Assembly (NCBI GenBank): GCA_905234755.1
Contig: CAJOIT010000003.1
Location: 9,135 to 73,134, forward strand
DNA: 64,000 bases
Reading direction: 5' to 3'
Source: an uncultured Bacteroidales bacterium
GTDB lineage: Bacteria > Bacteroidota > Bacteroidia > Bacteroidales > ML635J-15
The notes below the pieces were generated by a model. That model saw nothing but the letters and a program-made list of their open reading frames with translations. It was not told the origin of the DNA and ran no database searches. This document shows positions 45,990-56,137 of this stretch, piece by piece. The stretch's first letter is position 1. Each line of letters opens with the position of its first letter. The position numbers were made by a program, and so were the translations under genes.

Positions 45990-47162
45990 ATGGAAAAGAG
46001 AGATTATTATGAAGTGCTTGAGGTCGCCAAGAATGCGACACCCGAGGAGATAAAGAAAGCATACAGAAAGAAAGCTATTCAGTATCACCCTGACAAGAAT
46101 CCTGGCGACAAGGAAGCCGAGGAGAAGTTCAAGGAGGCTGCCGAGGCATACGAGGTGCTTAGCAATCCCGACAAGCGTGCCCGTTACGACCAGTTCGGAC
46201 ATGCAGGCGTTGGCGGAGCTGGCGGATTCGGCGGAGCTGGTGGCTTCTCGATGGAAGATATTTTCACTCGTTTCGGCGATGTGTTCGAAGGCGCTTTCGG
46301 CGGTGGCTTTAGCAGTTTCTTCGGAGGCGGTGGCAGTCGAAGTGGCGGTGGCAGGCGCGTTGTAAACCGTGGCACAAACCTGCGTGTTACTGTAAAGTTG
46401 ACACTCGAGGAGATTGCAAACGGTACTACCAAGAAGATAAAGGTAAAGAAATATGTTCCTTGTTCGGCTTGCCACGGTACAGGCGAAAAGGACGGCAATT
46501 CGAGCACAACATGTCCGACTTGTAACGGTCGTGGCGTGCAGACGCGCGTAATGCATACGATGCTCGGTCAGATGCAGACAAGCTCAACCTGTTCAACCTG
46601 TGGTGGTTCTGGCAAGGTCATCAAGGAAAAATGTACTTCGTGCTATGGCGAGGGAATAGTTTCTGGCGAGGAAACCATCGAACTGAAAATTCCTGCAGGC
46701 GTGTACGAGGGAATGCAACTTTCGATGGAAGGCAAGGGAAATGCAGCACGGCATGGTGGCATAAACGGCGATTTGCTCATTGCAATTCAGGAAATCGAGC
46801 ATCCGGAACTTAAGCGCGATGGAATAGACCTTATTTATAATTTATATATAGGTATTCCCGATGCAATTTTGGGTTGCAGTGCCGAGATTCCGACCATTGG
46901 CAACAAGGTGAAGATAAAGGTGGAGCCTGGAACTCAATCTGGAAAGATTTTGCGACTTAAGGGCAAGGGCTTGCCCGACATAAATGGCTATGGTCACGGC
47001 GATTTGCTTGTCAGGATAAATGTTTTCATACCGAACGATGTAAGCAAAGAAGACAAGAAATTGCTGGAACAGATGCGTGAATCGGAGTCGTTTAACCCGC
47101 AAAGCAAGCGTAACGAATCGTTCTTTTCAAAATTGAAGAGTGCGTTTCGTAATATGATGTAA
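45990..47162 (+). CDS. dnaJ: Molecular chaperone DnaJ
   Basis: J domain (DYYEVLEV...YHPDKNPGD), G/F-rich linker, and four CxxCxGxG zinc-finger repeats. 390 aa. Confidence 0.95.
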   Translation: MEKRDYYEVLEVAKNATPEEIKKAYRKKAIQYHPDKNPGDKEAEEKFKEAAEAYEVLSNPDKRARYDQFGHAGVGGAGGFGGAGGFSMEDIFTRFGDVFEGAFGGGFSSFFGGGGSRSGGGRRVVNRGTNLRVTVKLTLEEIANGTTKKIKVKKYVPCSACHGTGEKDGNSSTTCPTCNGRGVQTRVMHTMLGQMQTSSTCSTCGGSGKVIKEKCTSCYGEGIVSGEETIELKIPAGVYEGMQLSMEGKGNAARHGGINGDLLIAIQEIEHPELKRDGIDLIYNLYIGIPDAILGCSAEIPTIGNKVKIKVEPGTQSGKILRLKGKGLPDINGYGHGDLLVRINVFIPNDVSKEDKKLLEQMRESESFNPQSKRNESFFSKLKSAFRNMM

Positions 47163-47270
47163 AAATTATGTCTATAAAATTATGTCGTAAGTATTATATT
47201 AAAAAACTTTTCAACTGACATGCAATAAAAAATATTCCATTGCGTTTTATGAGAGTTTTTAAACTTTATG

Positions 47271-47278
47271 TATTTTTG
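47271..47278 (+). promoter_or_regulatory. -7 promoter box (TAttTTTG) of porV-ispF
   Basis: TATTTTTG lies 18 nt upstream of the porV ATG. Confidence 0.5.
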
Positions 47279-47295
47279 CGACAAAATATTCTAAT

Positions 47296-48630
47296 ATGAT
47301 AAGAAGAATTTCGTTTCTGACAATAATTGTTGTACTGGCAAGTACAAGTTTGTTTTCTCAGACAATTGGTGGTGGTGGAAATGGTCAAGGTGCAGATGTT
47401 AATGTAGATGGTCGTGATGGACGACATACGGCGAATACAATTTCCACAGCAGTATCTTTCTTGAATATAGCACCTGATACAAGGGCTGGTGCTCTTGGTG
47501 ATGCAGGTGTAGCAACAAATCCGGATGGAAATTCGCAGCATTGGAATCCATCAAAGTATGTGTTCATTGAGAACGATTTTGGAGTATCGCTGTCATATAC
47601 CCCATGGCTTAGGGCTTTGTCGTCGGATATGAACTTGGGATATGTTGCAGGTTATTACAAGTTTAATCCGCAGAACGCAATCGGAGCTTCTTTGCTCTTT
47701 TTCGATCTCGGAAGTATGACATTCAAGGATGTGTATAATAATACATTGGCAACATTCCGTCCCCGCGAATTTTCTCTTGATATTTCGTATGCCCGTCTGC
47801 TGGCAAAGAATTTCTCGGGTTCGGTAGCAATGAGGTTCATATATAGCAACCTTACTGGAGGTATGGATGTCAATGGTTCTCCGTCAAAGGCTGGTACATC
47901 GGTTGCTGCAGATGTGTCGTTCTACTACAAGAACGATGACATTATGACAGGAAATTTGAAGTCGTCAGTTATGTGGGGTATGAACATCTCAAACATAGGT
48001 TCAAAGATTTCGTATACAGATACCCAGAAGCGCGATTTCATTCCTACTAATTTCCGTACTGGTGTAGGCTATATGTTGAGCTTTGATGAGCATAATGACC
48101 TGTTGTTCACATGTGATTTCAACAAGTTGCTCGTACCGACACCTCCGTCATATTATGGTGTTGGCGACACTTTGCCTGATGGCTATGTCGTTCCTGTTGG
48201 TGAAGGCCAAAAATACATAAAGTACGGTAAGGATCCTAATATTTCGGTTCCTGCTGCCTTGTTCACATCATGGTGGGATGCACCAGGTGACGAGGATGCG
48301 TTTATGGTAAACGGAAAGCCTTCGACATTCCTTGAAGAACTTGCCGAGATAACCTTGTCGGTAGGACTTGAATATTGCTATTCGAAGCAGTTTGCTGTTA
48401 GAGTTGGATATTTCCACGAACATGCATACAAGGGTAACCGTAAGTATTTCACAGTAGGTGCAGGATTGAGACTCAATGTTTTCGGACTTGACTTCGCATA
48501 TCTTATTCCAGTAACTCAGGCAAATCCATTGCAGAATACGCTTCGTTTTACTTTGACTTTCGACTTTGGCGGAATGGCAAAGGAACAGCGTGATGCAAAG
48601 AAGGCTGAAAAAGAAGCAAGGAAGTCGTAA
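47296..48630 (+). CDS. porV: Type IX secretion system outer-membrane protein PorV (LptO)
   Basis: A signal peptide is followed by the conserved N-terminal block NTISTAVSFLNIAPDTRAGALGDAGVATNPDGNSQHWNPSKY. I recognise this as PorV-type. The beta-barrel-like remainder ends ...LRFTLTFDF. Confidence 0.75.
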   Translation: MIRRISFLTIIVVLASTSLFSQTIGGGGNGQGADVNVDGRDGRHTANTISTAVSFLNIAPDTRAGALGDAGVATNPDGNSQHWNPSKYVFIENDFGVSLSYTPWLRALSSDMNLGYVAGYYKFNPQNAIGASLLFFDLGSMTFKDVYNNTLATFRPREFSLDISYARLLAKNFSGSVAMRFIYSNLTGGMDVNGSPSKAGTSVAADVSFYYKNDDIMTGNLKSSVMWGMNISNIGSKISYTDTQKRDFIPTNFRTGVGYMLSFDEHNDLLFTCDFNKLLVPTPPSYYGVGDTLPDGYVVPVGEGQKYIKYGKDPNISVPAALFTSWWDAPGDEDAFMVNGKPSTFLEELAEITLSVGLEYCYSKQFAVRVGYFHEHAYKGNRKYFTVGAGLRLNVFGLDFAYLIPVTQANPLQNTLRFTLTFDFGGMAKEQRDAKKAEKEARKS

Positions 48631-49109
48631 TGTACAGGATAGGAATAGGTTACGATGTTCATAAATTAAAGGATGGTTTGGATTTCTTCTTGGGAGGAAT
48701 CCAAATTCCTTATAATAGGGGTTGTGTGGCGCATTCCGACGGCGATGTGCTGATTCATGCAATCTGTGATGCCTTGCTGGGCGCTGCCAACTTGCGCGAC
48801 ATCGGCTATCATTTCCCCGACAGTGACCCGAAGTACAAGGGTATCGACAGCAAAAAACTTTTGAAGGAAACTTATCGTCTTGTAAAAGAAAAAGGCTACG
48901 AAATAGGCAATATTGACTCGGTAATTTCTTTGCAGAAGCCCAAGGTGAAGGATTTTATTCCCGCAATGCAAAAAACGCTTGCCGAAGTCCTCGGAATCGA
49001 CGAGTCACAAATTTCGGTAAAGGCAACTACAACCGAAGGTCTCGGCTTCGAAGGTCGCGAAGAGGGGATAAGCGCGCAGGCAGTCGCGATGATAAGGAGG
49101 CAAAGCTAA
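48630..49109 (+). CDS. ispF: 2-C-methyl-D-erythritol 2,4-cyclodiphosphate synthase
   Basis: RIGIGYDVHKL, AHSDGDVLIHAICDALLGA, and GDIG.HFP..DPKYKG.DS motifs. TAATG overlap with porV. Confidence 0.95.
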   Translation: MYRIGIGYDVHKLKDGLDFFLGGIQIPYNRGCVAHSDGDVLIHAICDALLGAANLRDIGYHFPDSDPKYKGIDSKKLLKETYRLVKEKGYEIGNIDSVISLQKPKVKDFIPAMQKTLAEVLGIDESQISVKATTTEGLGFEGREEGISAQAVAMIRRQS

Positions 49110-49384
49110 AGGACTTGCAGTCGAGCGGGCTAAAAGTCTAACAGTCTTGCAGTCGAACCGGCTAAAAGACTAAACGCCAACCTTTAGCTCGCGCAAGCAA
49201 TTTCAAACACTCTCAAATCATCAAATATTCAAACCACCTCAAACAATCTCAAACCATTTCAAACATAGAAACTCAGAAACCATAAAACCATAAACTGGCG
49301 TCAGCCATTGAAACTTTTTCATTTTCTCCCTTGCCGTATTATTTTTTTTGTATATATTTGCAAAATTGTATAAATAGGTTAAGT

Positions 49385-50440
49385 ATGAGAATTAGTATCA
49401 GAACTTTTGTCAAGTTTATGGCTATATGCCTTGTCGTTTGTTGTACAACAGTGTTCGTGTCGCAGGCGCAGACAGTTGGCGGTTTGGTTTTATATCCGGA
49501 AAGTGTGGAGACATTGCAGGATAATCCTACAAATTATGATGACCCATTGGTTAATGGTAATGGTATAAATATTCCAGGTGCAGCCGAGACGGAAAACAAT
49601 TTTACCGTTCCAGATAAGGATTTCCAGTATGGGGTATCGGCAGAAGCAGGTTTTAGTGCTATGAGTAAGTACTTGAACATTCCTTTGTCGATAGGCTACA
49701 AAGGAGTTTCTCTTACAGTTGCAATACCGTTTTATATTCAGAAAAAGGCGAAATATTCGCATGGATATGTAGCTGCTTACGGTGGTTTGGGCGATATTAG
49801 TGCAGAAATCTCTTACAAGTATCAGTCACAGATGTTCTTCGAGGCTGTGTCGGCAACAGTTTCGTTCCCGACAGGAAATCAGAATAGGACAGTAAAGGGT
49901 TACATTGTGCCGATGGGTACGGGAAGTTTCGACTACATATTCTCGAACACATTTCAGTATAGACATGCTTATTTCCGCGTGTACAACAATTTGTCGTACC
50001 GTTTAAGCGGAAAGTGCAAGCGCGACCTTACATTGTCGGTTCCGTATTATGACAATGAAAATATTCTGCGCTCAGGTAACGAAATGATAAATTATGTGAC
50101 ATCTAACGGAAATTTCCTGTCATGCAACACTTCGTTCGACTATCCTGTATTGAGCTGGATGTCGTTGCATGCTGGTTTCGCAGTAATGAACAGTTCGGCT
50201 GGAACAATTTATCATAAGCATACATATTCATGGAATGATGATGTGTACGAGTTCCCGACATCAAAATCAAATCAGGCATATACATCCATTGATGTAAGGG
50301 CTGCAATTGCATTCTCGTACTGGGGCATCGACCTTATGTGCGTGTTCGCTCAGCCTGTTTATGTAAAGACTGAAAATCAAAACATTAAGGATAGCCAGAA
50401 GTTTAATTTTTACATCAAGTTGTCTAAGAAAATATTCTAA
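49385..50440 (+). CDS. Putative outer-membrane beta-barrel protein, hypothetical
   Basis: Signal peptide ending VSQAQ. The body has alternating aromatic/hydrophobic beta-strand-like patterning and ends in a terminal Phe (..KKIF). The ATG is at 49385; the track start is a TTG. Confidence 0.5.
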   Translation: MRISIRTFVKFMAICLVVCCTTVFVSQAQTVGGLVLYPESVETLQDNPTNYDDPLVNGNGINIPGAAETENNFTVPDKDFQYGVSAEAGFSAMSKYLNIPLSIGYKGVSLTVAIPFYIQKKAKYSHGYVAAYGGLGDISAEISYKYQSQMFFEAVSATVSFPTGNQNRTVKGYIVPMGTGSFDYIFSNTFQYRHAYFRVYNNLSYRLSGKCKRDLTLSVPYYDNENILRSGNEMINYVTSNGNFLSCNTSFDYPVLSWMSLHAGFAVMNSSAGTIYHKHTYSWNDDVYEFPTSKSNQAYTSIDVRAAIAFSYWGIDLMCVFAQPVYVKTENQNIKDSQKFNFYIKLSKKIF

Positions 50441-50443
50441 GAT

Positions 50444-52744
50444 ATGAAAAGGAATTTATTTCTTGTAATTATTGCGATTCTGTCGTTGGCATTCATTAAC
50501 GGGTGTCATAAGGATCCGCTGGATATGGGAAAGGTTGGTTTTTTACGCCTTGAGGTAAGAAAAGGCTACAAGATCATAAACAAGGGAGCTGTCGAATCGT
50601 TTTATGCAACAGTTACAGTGGCGTATGCAAACAACGAAGAGATTGTCTATAATTGTTTGTTTACCGATCCGAGCAATACTGGCGTTTATTCAAACGACCT
50701 TAACGAAGGCGACAGACTGTATGTTCGTAAGGGCGAGGAATTTCGCCTTATAATCGAGGCCGATATTGATGGTTATCATGTAGTCGGTGAATCTGGAACT
50801 GTTGTGTACTCAGACGACATGGATTTGACAACCGTGGAGATTGTTCTTCGTGCGGGACAGACGCGAATTGCAATATATACGCCTAAGGATGATGAAATTT
50901 TTGGCAATTATGTCGTTGCATACGGAGAAATCCTCGAAAATATAAGCCAGAATCCTATTCGTGAAGCTGGTATTATGTGTGTGCCTAAGTCGGTATATGA
51001 TACATACGAATCTCCAGATGCTTTTACTTTCGATAATGAAATTAATAGTAGCGACTGGATAACCGAATATTATTTTTCTGGAAGTCATGATGAAGAGAAT
51101 GTGTCAGATATAACAAAGTTTTCAGTTGTTCTCAGAGGCCTTGAGTCAAATACAAGGTACTGCATGAGGGCTTTCACTTTCTCGGAGGGTGATTCTTCAT
51201 TAAATTATTGCTATAGTAGGATAGTTGAATTTTCAACAAATAACAATGTGGCTCATGACATAAGCGTTGTAACTAATGATGCCGACAATGTTACAATTGA
51301 AAGCGTAGATGTTGCAGGTCGTGTAGTTCTGCTTGACGGAAATTCGGCTGATAGCGTGGTGGAGAAAGGTTTTGTTTTCGATACATACGACAATTATGTT
51401 GCAAATTCATCAAATCTCGACTATTATCGTAACAATTCGTTTACATATCCTGCAAACGAAGTCACAATGCAGGGTGATGATGTTATAGTGTTTAGTTCTA
51501 CTGTAGAGGGATTGCAGGAAGGCGGTACTTATGTATTCCGCGCATACGCAATTTTCCGCGACCAGCCATATTATGGTGCAGTAAAGATGTTCGCTGTTCC
51601 TCAGGATCCAGCAAACATAATGATACAGGCCGATGAAGTTTCGTCAGTGCTGACTTCTGCGTATGTTGATTTGCAAGGCTCTATAATCAACGATGCAGGT
51701 TACGAATTTTCGGAACTTGGCTTCAGGTATGTATTCGTTGATGCAGGAACAACTCCACCAACAAGCTTAAGCGCTCTTACAGAAACTGCAAGAGGTTCTG
51801 TTGTTTCGGGAAGATTCTCGTCGAGAGTTAATCTGCCGATAGTAAATAAGGTCATGTATTATTCACCTTACGCTATTACAACTACGGGTTACACTGCATA
51901 CGGCGATATGTCATCTGCTGTGTCTATCGAACCAGCAAATGTACCAAGCGTATCGCTGCAACAGGGTAACTTGAGCGCTCGTACAACCCATTCGTTGACA
52001 GTATCATGCTATGTGGATGCAAACGGCAGAAGCGATTGCGAATGTGGTATTGTATATGCAATTGACACGACCGACCATGCATCATACGATACGGTAAAGA
52101 AGGTTTCTTCATCGAGCGGAACAGAGGAATTTGTTCTTAACGGACTGAGAAAGGGAACTGAATATTCATATTGGGCATACATAAGGGTAGTTGATGAATT
52201 TATAACAACGAATGTTTATACTGCATATACCTTGCAGGAGGGTGACACAGGCCCAGGTGGTGGTATAATCTTCTATGCTGACGATGCAAATGGATTTGCC
52301 CTTGAATATTACACTTCAGCGGGAATGGGTCCTGAGCAGGAAGCTGGTGACTCTGCTGTATGGGGTTCAACTGCTGGTATTGCCTTGAATACCGATGCTC
52401 CAAGTTCGATAACTGTTTCGGGTAGAACAAATACTGAAGCTATTGTAAGTTATCATAATTCAATCGGATATACAGGCGAATATGCAGCACTCAAGTGCTA
52501 TCAGTCAGCACAAGGTGGTAAGTCCGACTGGTATCTGCCGACAGCTGTAGAGATGCAGGCCCTGTTAGATTATTTGAATGATAGCGATGGCCGATTATAT
52601 TCGGAACAGGGAGGCTTCTGGACATCTGATGAGCAGAATGCTGGAAATGCAGTAGCATTTGTGGAAAATGCAAACTATGATTTGGTACAAGGAACAGAGT
52701 CGAAGGATATTCTGTTGAGCTTTGTCCAGATAAGAAGATTTTAA
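50444..52744 (+). CDS. Large surface lipoprotein with a C-terminal DUF1566/Lcl-like domain
   Basis: Lipobox AFINGC. Long beta-rich repeats resembling Ig/FN3 folds. The C-terminus has GPGGGIIFYADD... and DWYLPTAVEMQALLDYL motifs. It starts 3 nt after the barrel gene. Confidence 0.6.
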   Translation: MKRNLFLVIIAILSLAFINGCHKDPLDMGKVGFLRLEVRKGYKIINKGAVESFYATVTVAYANNEEIVYNCLFTDPSNTGVYSNDLNEGDRLYVRKGEEFRLIIEADIDGYHVVGESGTVVYSDDMDLTTVEIVLRAGQTRIAIYTPKDDEIFGNYVVAYGEILENISQNPIREAGIMCVPKSVYDTYESPDAFTFDNEINSSDWITEYYFSGSHDEENVSDITKFSVVLRGLESNTRYCMRAFTFSEGDSSLNYCYSRIVEFSTNNNVAHDISVVTNDADNVTIESVDVAGRVVLLDGNSADSVVEKGFVFDTYDNYVANSSNLDYYRNNSFTYPANEVTMQGDDVIVFSSTVEGLQEGGTYVFRAYAIFRDQPYYGAVKMFAVPQDPANIMIQADEVSSVLTSAYVDLQGSIINDAGYEFSELGFRYVFVDAGTTPPTSLSALTETARGSVVSGRFSSRVNLPIVNKVMYYSPYAITTTGYTAYGDMSSAVSIEPANVPSVSLQQGNLSARTTHSLTVSCYVDANGRSDCECGIVYAIDTTDHASYDTVKKVSSSSGTEEFVLNGLRKGTEYSYWAYIRVVDEFITTNVYTAYTLQEGDTGPGGGIIFYADDANGFALEYYTSAGMGPEQEAGDSAVWGSTAGIALNTDAPSSITVSGRTNTEAIVSYHNSIGYTGEYAALKCYQSAQGGKSDWYLPTAVEMQALLDYLNDSDGRLYSEQGGFWTSDEQNAGNAVAFVENANYDLVQGTESKDILLSFVQIRRF

Positions 52745-52761
52745 GTTAATATACTATGCAT

Positions 52762-52800
52762 AATAAGGGGCTGTCCAGCAAGACAGCCCCTTATTCTTTT
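52762..52800. terminator. Hairpin terminator between the convergent DUF1566 lipoprotein and ACP genes
   Basis: AATAAGGGGCTGTC CAGCAA GACAGCCCCTTATT form a 14-bp perfect stem followed by CTTTTT. Confidence 0.75.
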
Positions 52801-52833
52801 TGCATCCCAACCACTATTTGTTGTTATTATTGG

Positions 52834-53067
52834 TTATTGTTGTTTGCTCTTCAGTATGTCGTATATGTCCTGAACAGTTTTCATTTTTTCGATTTCGGCA
52901 TCGCTGATTTCAATGTCGAATTGTTCTTCCAGATCAAGTACAATGTCAACAACACGAGCTGAATTTATTTTCAGGTCGTCTTTTAGGTTCATTTCAGGTT
53001 TGAATTTATCCCAAATCTTGTCGTCAAAAGTGTACTTTTTCAGTATTTCTATGATTTTCTCTTCCAT
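52834..53067 (-). CDS. Acyl carrier protein-like (phosphopantetheine-binding) protein, orphan
   Basis: 77 aa. The ACP helix II context is DLKINSARVVDIVLDLEEQFDIEISDAE, with Ser in an NSA rather than DSL context. It starts 7 nt after the uvrA stop. Confidence 0.6.
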   Translation of the reverse strand: MEEKIIEILKKYTFDDKIWDKFKPEMNLKDDLKINSARVVDIVLDLEEQFDIEISDAEIEKMKTVQDIYDILKSKQQ

Positions 53068-53074
53068 GATTTTC

Positions 53075-55867
53075 TTATATGAAATTATGCAATATTTTTC
53101 CAGTAACTGATTCCTTGCATTTCAGCAAGTCGGCTGGTGTGCCTTCAAATACAAGATTTCCACCGTCTTTTCCGCCATCTGGACCGAGGTCGATAATCCA
53201 GTCGGCAAACTTTATGACTTCGGGATTATGCTCGATTATTATTAGTGTATGACCTTTCTGGCGCATGATTTCCATGGCTTTCAGCAATTTGTTGATGTCG
53301 TGGAAATGCAGACCGGTGGTAGGTTCATCAAAGATGAAGATTGTCGGTTCTGAATTTTCCATGCTGAGGAAGGTCGCCAGTTTGATTCTTTGGCTTTCGC
53401 CACCGCTGAGCGTACTTGATGGCTGTCCCATTTTCAGGTAGCCAAGTCCTACATTTAGGTAGTTTTGGAGCAGGGAAACAATGTTCTTTTCCAACTTGCC
53501 ATCTCCTTGTGCGAAAAAGTCAACGGCTTCCTTTATGCTCATTTCCAGAATGTCGTATATGTTCTTGTCGCGGTACTTTATTTCCAGAATTTCGTCCTTG
53601 AATCGTTTGCCGTTGCATGCTTCGCATACAAGGTGAATATCCGACATAAACTGCATTTCAACCGTTATTTCGCCTTCTCCCTGACATACTTCGCAGCGTC
53701 CGCCTTCGGTGTTGAATGAAAAGTGCGATGCCTTCAAACCATTTAGTTTGGCGGTCTTTTGCTCTGCGTAAAGTTTTCGTATTTCATCAAATGCCTTGAT
53801 GTAAATTGCGGGATTTGAACGACTTGATTTTGCAATTGGATTCTGGTCGACATATTCAATGTTCTTAATCATTTTTATGTCGCCCGAAATTTTGTCGAAG
53901 TCGCCTGTTTTGTCTGCCGAAACGCCAAGTTCGCGGCGTATGGCAGGGTAGAGGATGCCTTTTACAAGACTTGTTTTTCCCGAACCGCTAACGCCAGTGA
54001 TGACCGTAGCCACATTGAGCGGGAAAGTTACCGTAATGTTCTTCAAGTTGTTAAGGCGGGCACCTTCTATCTTAATGGAATTTCGCCATTTCAGAGGACT
54101 ATCATTCTTGGGATTCTGCAGTTCGCCACGAAGATATTTTGCTGTAAGAGTATCTGCTTTTACCAGTTTCTTTATATCGCCTTCGAAAACAACTTCGCCA
54201 CCAAATTCTCCAGCAAGCGGACCTATGTCGATTATGTGGTCGGCAGCGCGGATTATCGCTTCGTCGTGTTCTACAACGACAACTGTATTTTTCTTGTCGC
54301 GAAGTTTCTTAAGTATTGTTATGAGGTTCTGTGTGTCGCGTTCGTGCAAGCCAATGCTAGGTTCGTCGAGTACATACAGTGAACCAACAAGTCCTGAACC
54401 GAAAACTGTAGCCAAACTCATGCGCTGAGATTCTCCGCCCGAAAGTGTTGATGCAGAACGGTTTAGTGTCAAGTATCCAAGACCGACTTCCATCATCGAT
54501 TCCAACCTGACGCGTATTTCTTCACGCAAGCGTGAAGATGCCTGTTCGTCAAATTCATTTAGTACCAGATTGTTGAAAAAAGCAACGAGTTCGCTTATTG
54601 GCATGTCGATGAGGTCGCCAATGTTTTTTCCGTTGATTTTGACATAAAAAGCTTCTTTTTTCAAGCGTTTGCCATGGCAGTCGGGACAAGTGGTTTTGCC
54701 TCTGTATCTTGATATTAGCACACGGTTTTGGATTTTGTACTTCTGTGTTTCAAGATATTCGAAGAAATCACGGATTCCATATATTCCATGAGCCTTGTCG
54801 CCGTTCCATAATATGTCTTTTTCATCGTCAGTCAACTGATAATAAGGGCGATGTATTGGAAATTTGATTTTTGCGCTGTTAATCATGAAGTCGTGATTCC
54901 ATTGCTTCATGACATCGCCGCGCCAGCAGAAAACGGCGCCATCGTAAATGCTCATGCCTTTGTTTGGAATCACTAGGTCTTCATCGATGCCGAGAATTTT
55001 TCCAAAACCTTCGCAGGTAGGACATGCCCCTATGGGATTGTTGAAACTGAACAGGTTGACTGTCGGTTGCTCGAATGTTATGCCGTCGGCTTCGAAGCGG
55101 TTGGAGAATGAATGTTGTATTAGCGTTTCGCCATATTCGTAGACAAAGCATTCGCCTTTACCCTCGAAAAATGCTGTCTGCACGGAGTCGGCTATTCTTC
55201 CGACAAGTGTTTCTTCAGGTTTCACGGTAAGGCGGTCGAGGACGATATGTATTGTTTCGTCCAATCCCTTTACATCGGTTATTTCATCGGTGCGTTGCAT
55301 TTCGCCGTTGCTGACGAATCTTGTATAGCCTTGCTTGGCAATAAGCGAAAGTTGTTCGCCTTTCTTTTGCTTTGTGTTGAATGTATACGGGAAGCATATA
55401 AGCACCTTTGTGCCTTCTGGCATCGATGTTATCTTGTTGATTACATCGTTGGTGCTGTGGCTTTTGACTTCCTGTCCCGATATTGGTGAGTATGTTTTCC
55501 CGATTCTGGCGAACAAAAGCTTCAAGTAATCGTAAATTTCGGTTGATGTGCCGACAGTGGAGCGTGGATTTCGGGTGTTAACCTTTTGGCGGATAGCGAT
55601 TGTTGGCGGAATGCCATCGATGAAATCGACTTCGGGCTTGTGCATCTTGCCTAAAAACTGTCGGGCATACGATGACAGGCTTTCCACATATCTGCGTTGA
55701 CCTTCGGCAAAAAGTGTGTCGAATGCTAATGATGATTTTCCCGAACCCGACAGCCCTGTTATCACAACGAGTTTGTTGCGTGGTATTTCAAGGCTGATGT
55801 CCTTTAAGTTGTTTACTTTTACGCCTTTCAGCGTGATAAATTCCTTGTCTGCCATTTCCTTCGCCAA
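53075..55867 (-). CDS. uvrA: Excinuclease ABC subunit A
   Basis: Two ABC ATPase modules (GLSGSGKSSLAFDT, GVSGSGKTSL), LSGGE signatures, and zinc modules (CPTCEGFG, CPDCHGKR, CEVCQGEG...CEACNGKR). 930 aa. Confidence 0.95.
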   Translation of the reverse strand: MAKEMADKEFITLKGVKVNNLKDISLEIPRNKLVVITGLSGSGKSSLAFDTLFAEGQRRYVESLSSYARQFLGKMHKPEVDFIDGIPPTIAIRQKVNTRNPRSTVGTSTEIYDYLKLLFARIGKTYSPISGQEVKSHSTNDVINKITSMPEGTKVLICFPYTFNTKQKKGEQLSLIAKQGYTRFVSNGEMQRTDEITDVKGLDETIHIVLDRLTVKPEETLVGRIADSVQTAFFEGKGECFVYEYGETLIQHSFSNRFEADGITFEQPTVNLFSFNNPIGACPTCEGFGKILGIDEDLVIPNKGMSIYDGAVFCWRGDVMKQWNHDFMINSAKIKFPIHRPYYQLTDDEKDILWNGDKAHGIYGIRDFFEYLETQKYKIQNRVLISRYRGKTTCPDCHGKRLKKEAFYVKINGKNIGDLIDMPISELVAFFNNLVLNEFDEQASSRLREEIRVRLESMMEVGLGYLTLNRSASTLSGGESQRMSLATVFGSGLVGSLYVLDEPSIGLHERDTQNLITILKKLRDKKNTVVVVEHDEAIIRAADHIIDIGPLAGEFGGEVVFEGDIKKLVKADTLTAKYLRGELQNPKNDSPLKWRNSIKIEGARLNNLKNITVTFPLNVATVITGVSGSGKTSLVKGILYPAIRRELGVSADKTGDFDKISGDIKMIKNIEYVDQNPIAKSSRSNPAIYIKAFDEIRKLYAEQKTAKLNGLKASHFSFNTEGGRCEVCQGEGEITVEMQFMSDIHLVCEACNGKRFKDEILEIKYRDKNIYDILEMSIKEAVDFFAQGDGKLEKNIVSLLQNYLNVGLGYLKMGQPSSTLSGGESQRIKLATFLSMENSEPTIFIFDEPTTGLHFHDINKLLKAMEIMRQKGHTLIIIEHNPEVIKFADWIIDLGPDGGKDGGNLVFEGTPADLLKCKESVTGKILHNFI

Positions 55868-55999
55868 AAATTTTGCAAAGTAAGCAATTTTTTTGCGAAT
55901 AGTTTTCTACTATTTATTGTTTATCTTCAAATGGAGTCAATGAATTTGGAAAAAGGAAGCGTTTGTACAATTGGGCATTGTCCATTATCGTTGTTCCAG

Positions 56000-56068
56000 A
56001 TGCTGAAACAAGTTCAGCATGACACTGGAGGGGGATTTGAAACAAGTTCATCATGACACAGGAGGGGG
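56000..56068. repeat. Tandem pair of GAAACAAGTTC-family hairpin elements (copies 3a and 3b)
   Basis: Copy 3a reads ATGCTGAAACAAGTTCAGCATGACACTGGAGGGGG. A degenerate second unit, ATTTGAAACAAGTTCATCATGACACAGGAGGGGG, follows directly. They lie between the esterase-LysM stop and the uvrA promoter. Confidence 0.7.
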
Positions 56069-56137
56069 CAGAAAAAGTTTCTGCATTACACTGGTCGGAG
56101 GGGAGGGACATATCAATTATCAATTGTCCATTGTACA

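Noticed and set aside
45933-46556. 207-aa minus-strand ORF, plus several Gly/Pro/Ala-rich ORFs at 46177-46507.
   Set aside because: They are antisense or out-of-frame readings of the DnaJ G/F-rich and zinc-finger region. The low-complexity composition explains the open frames.
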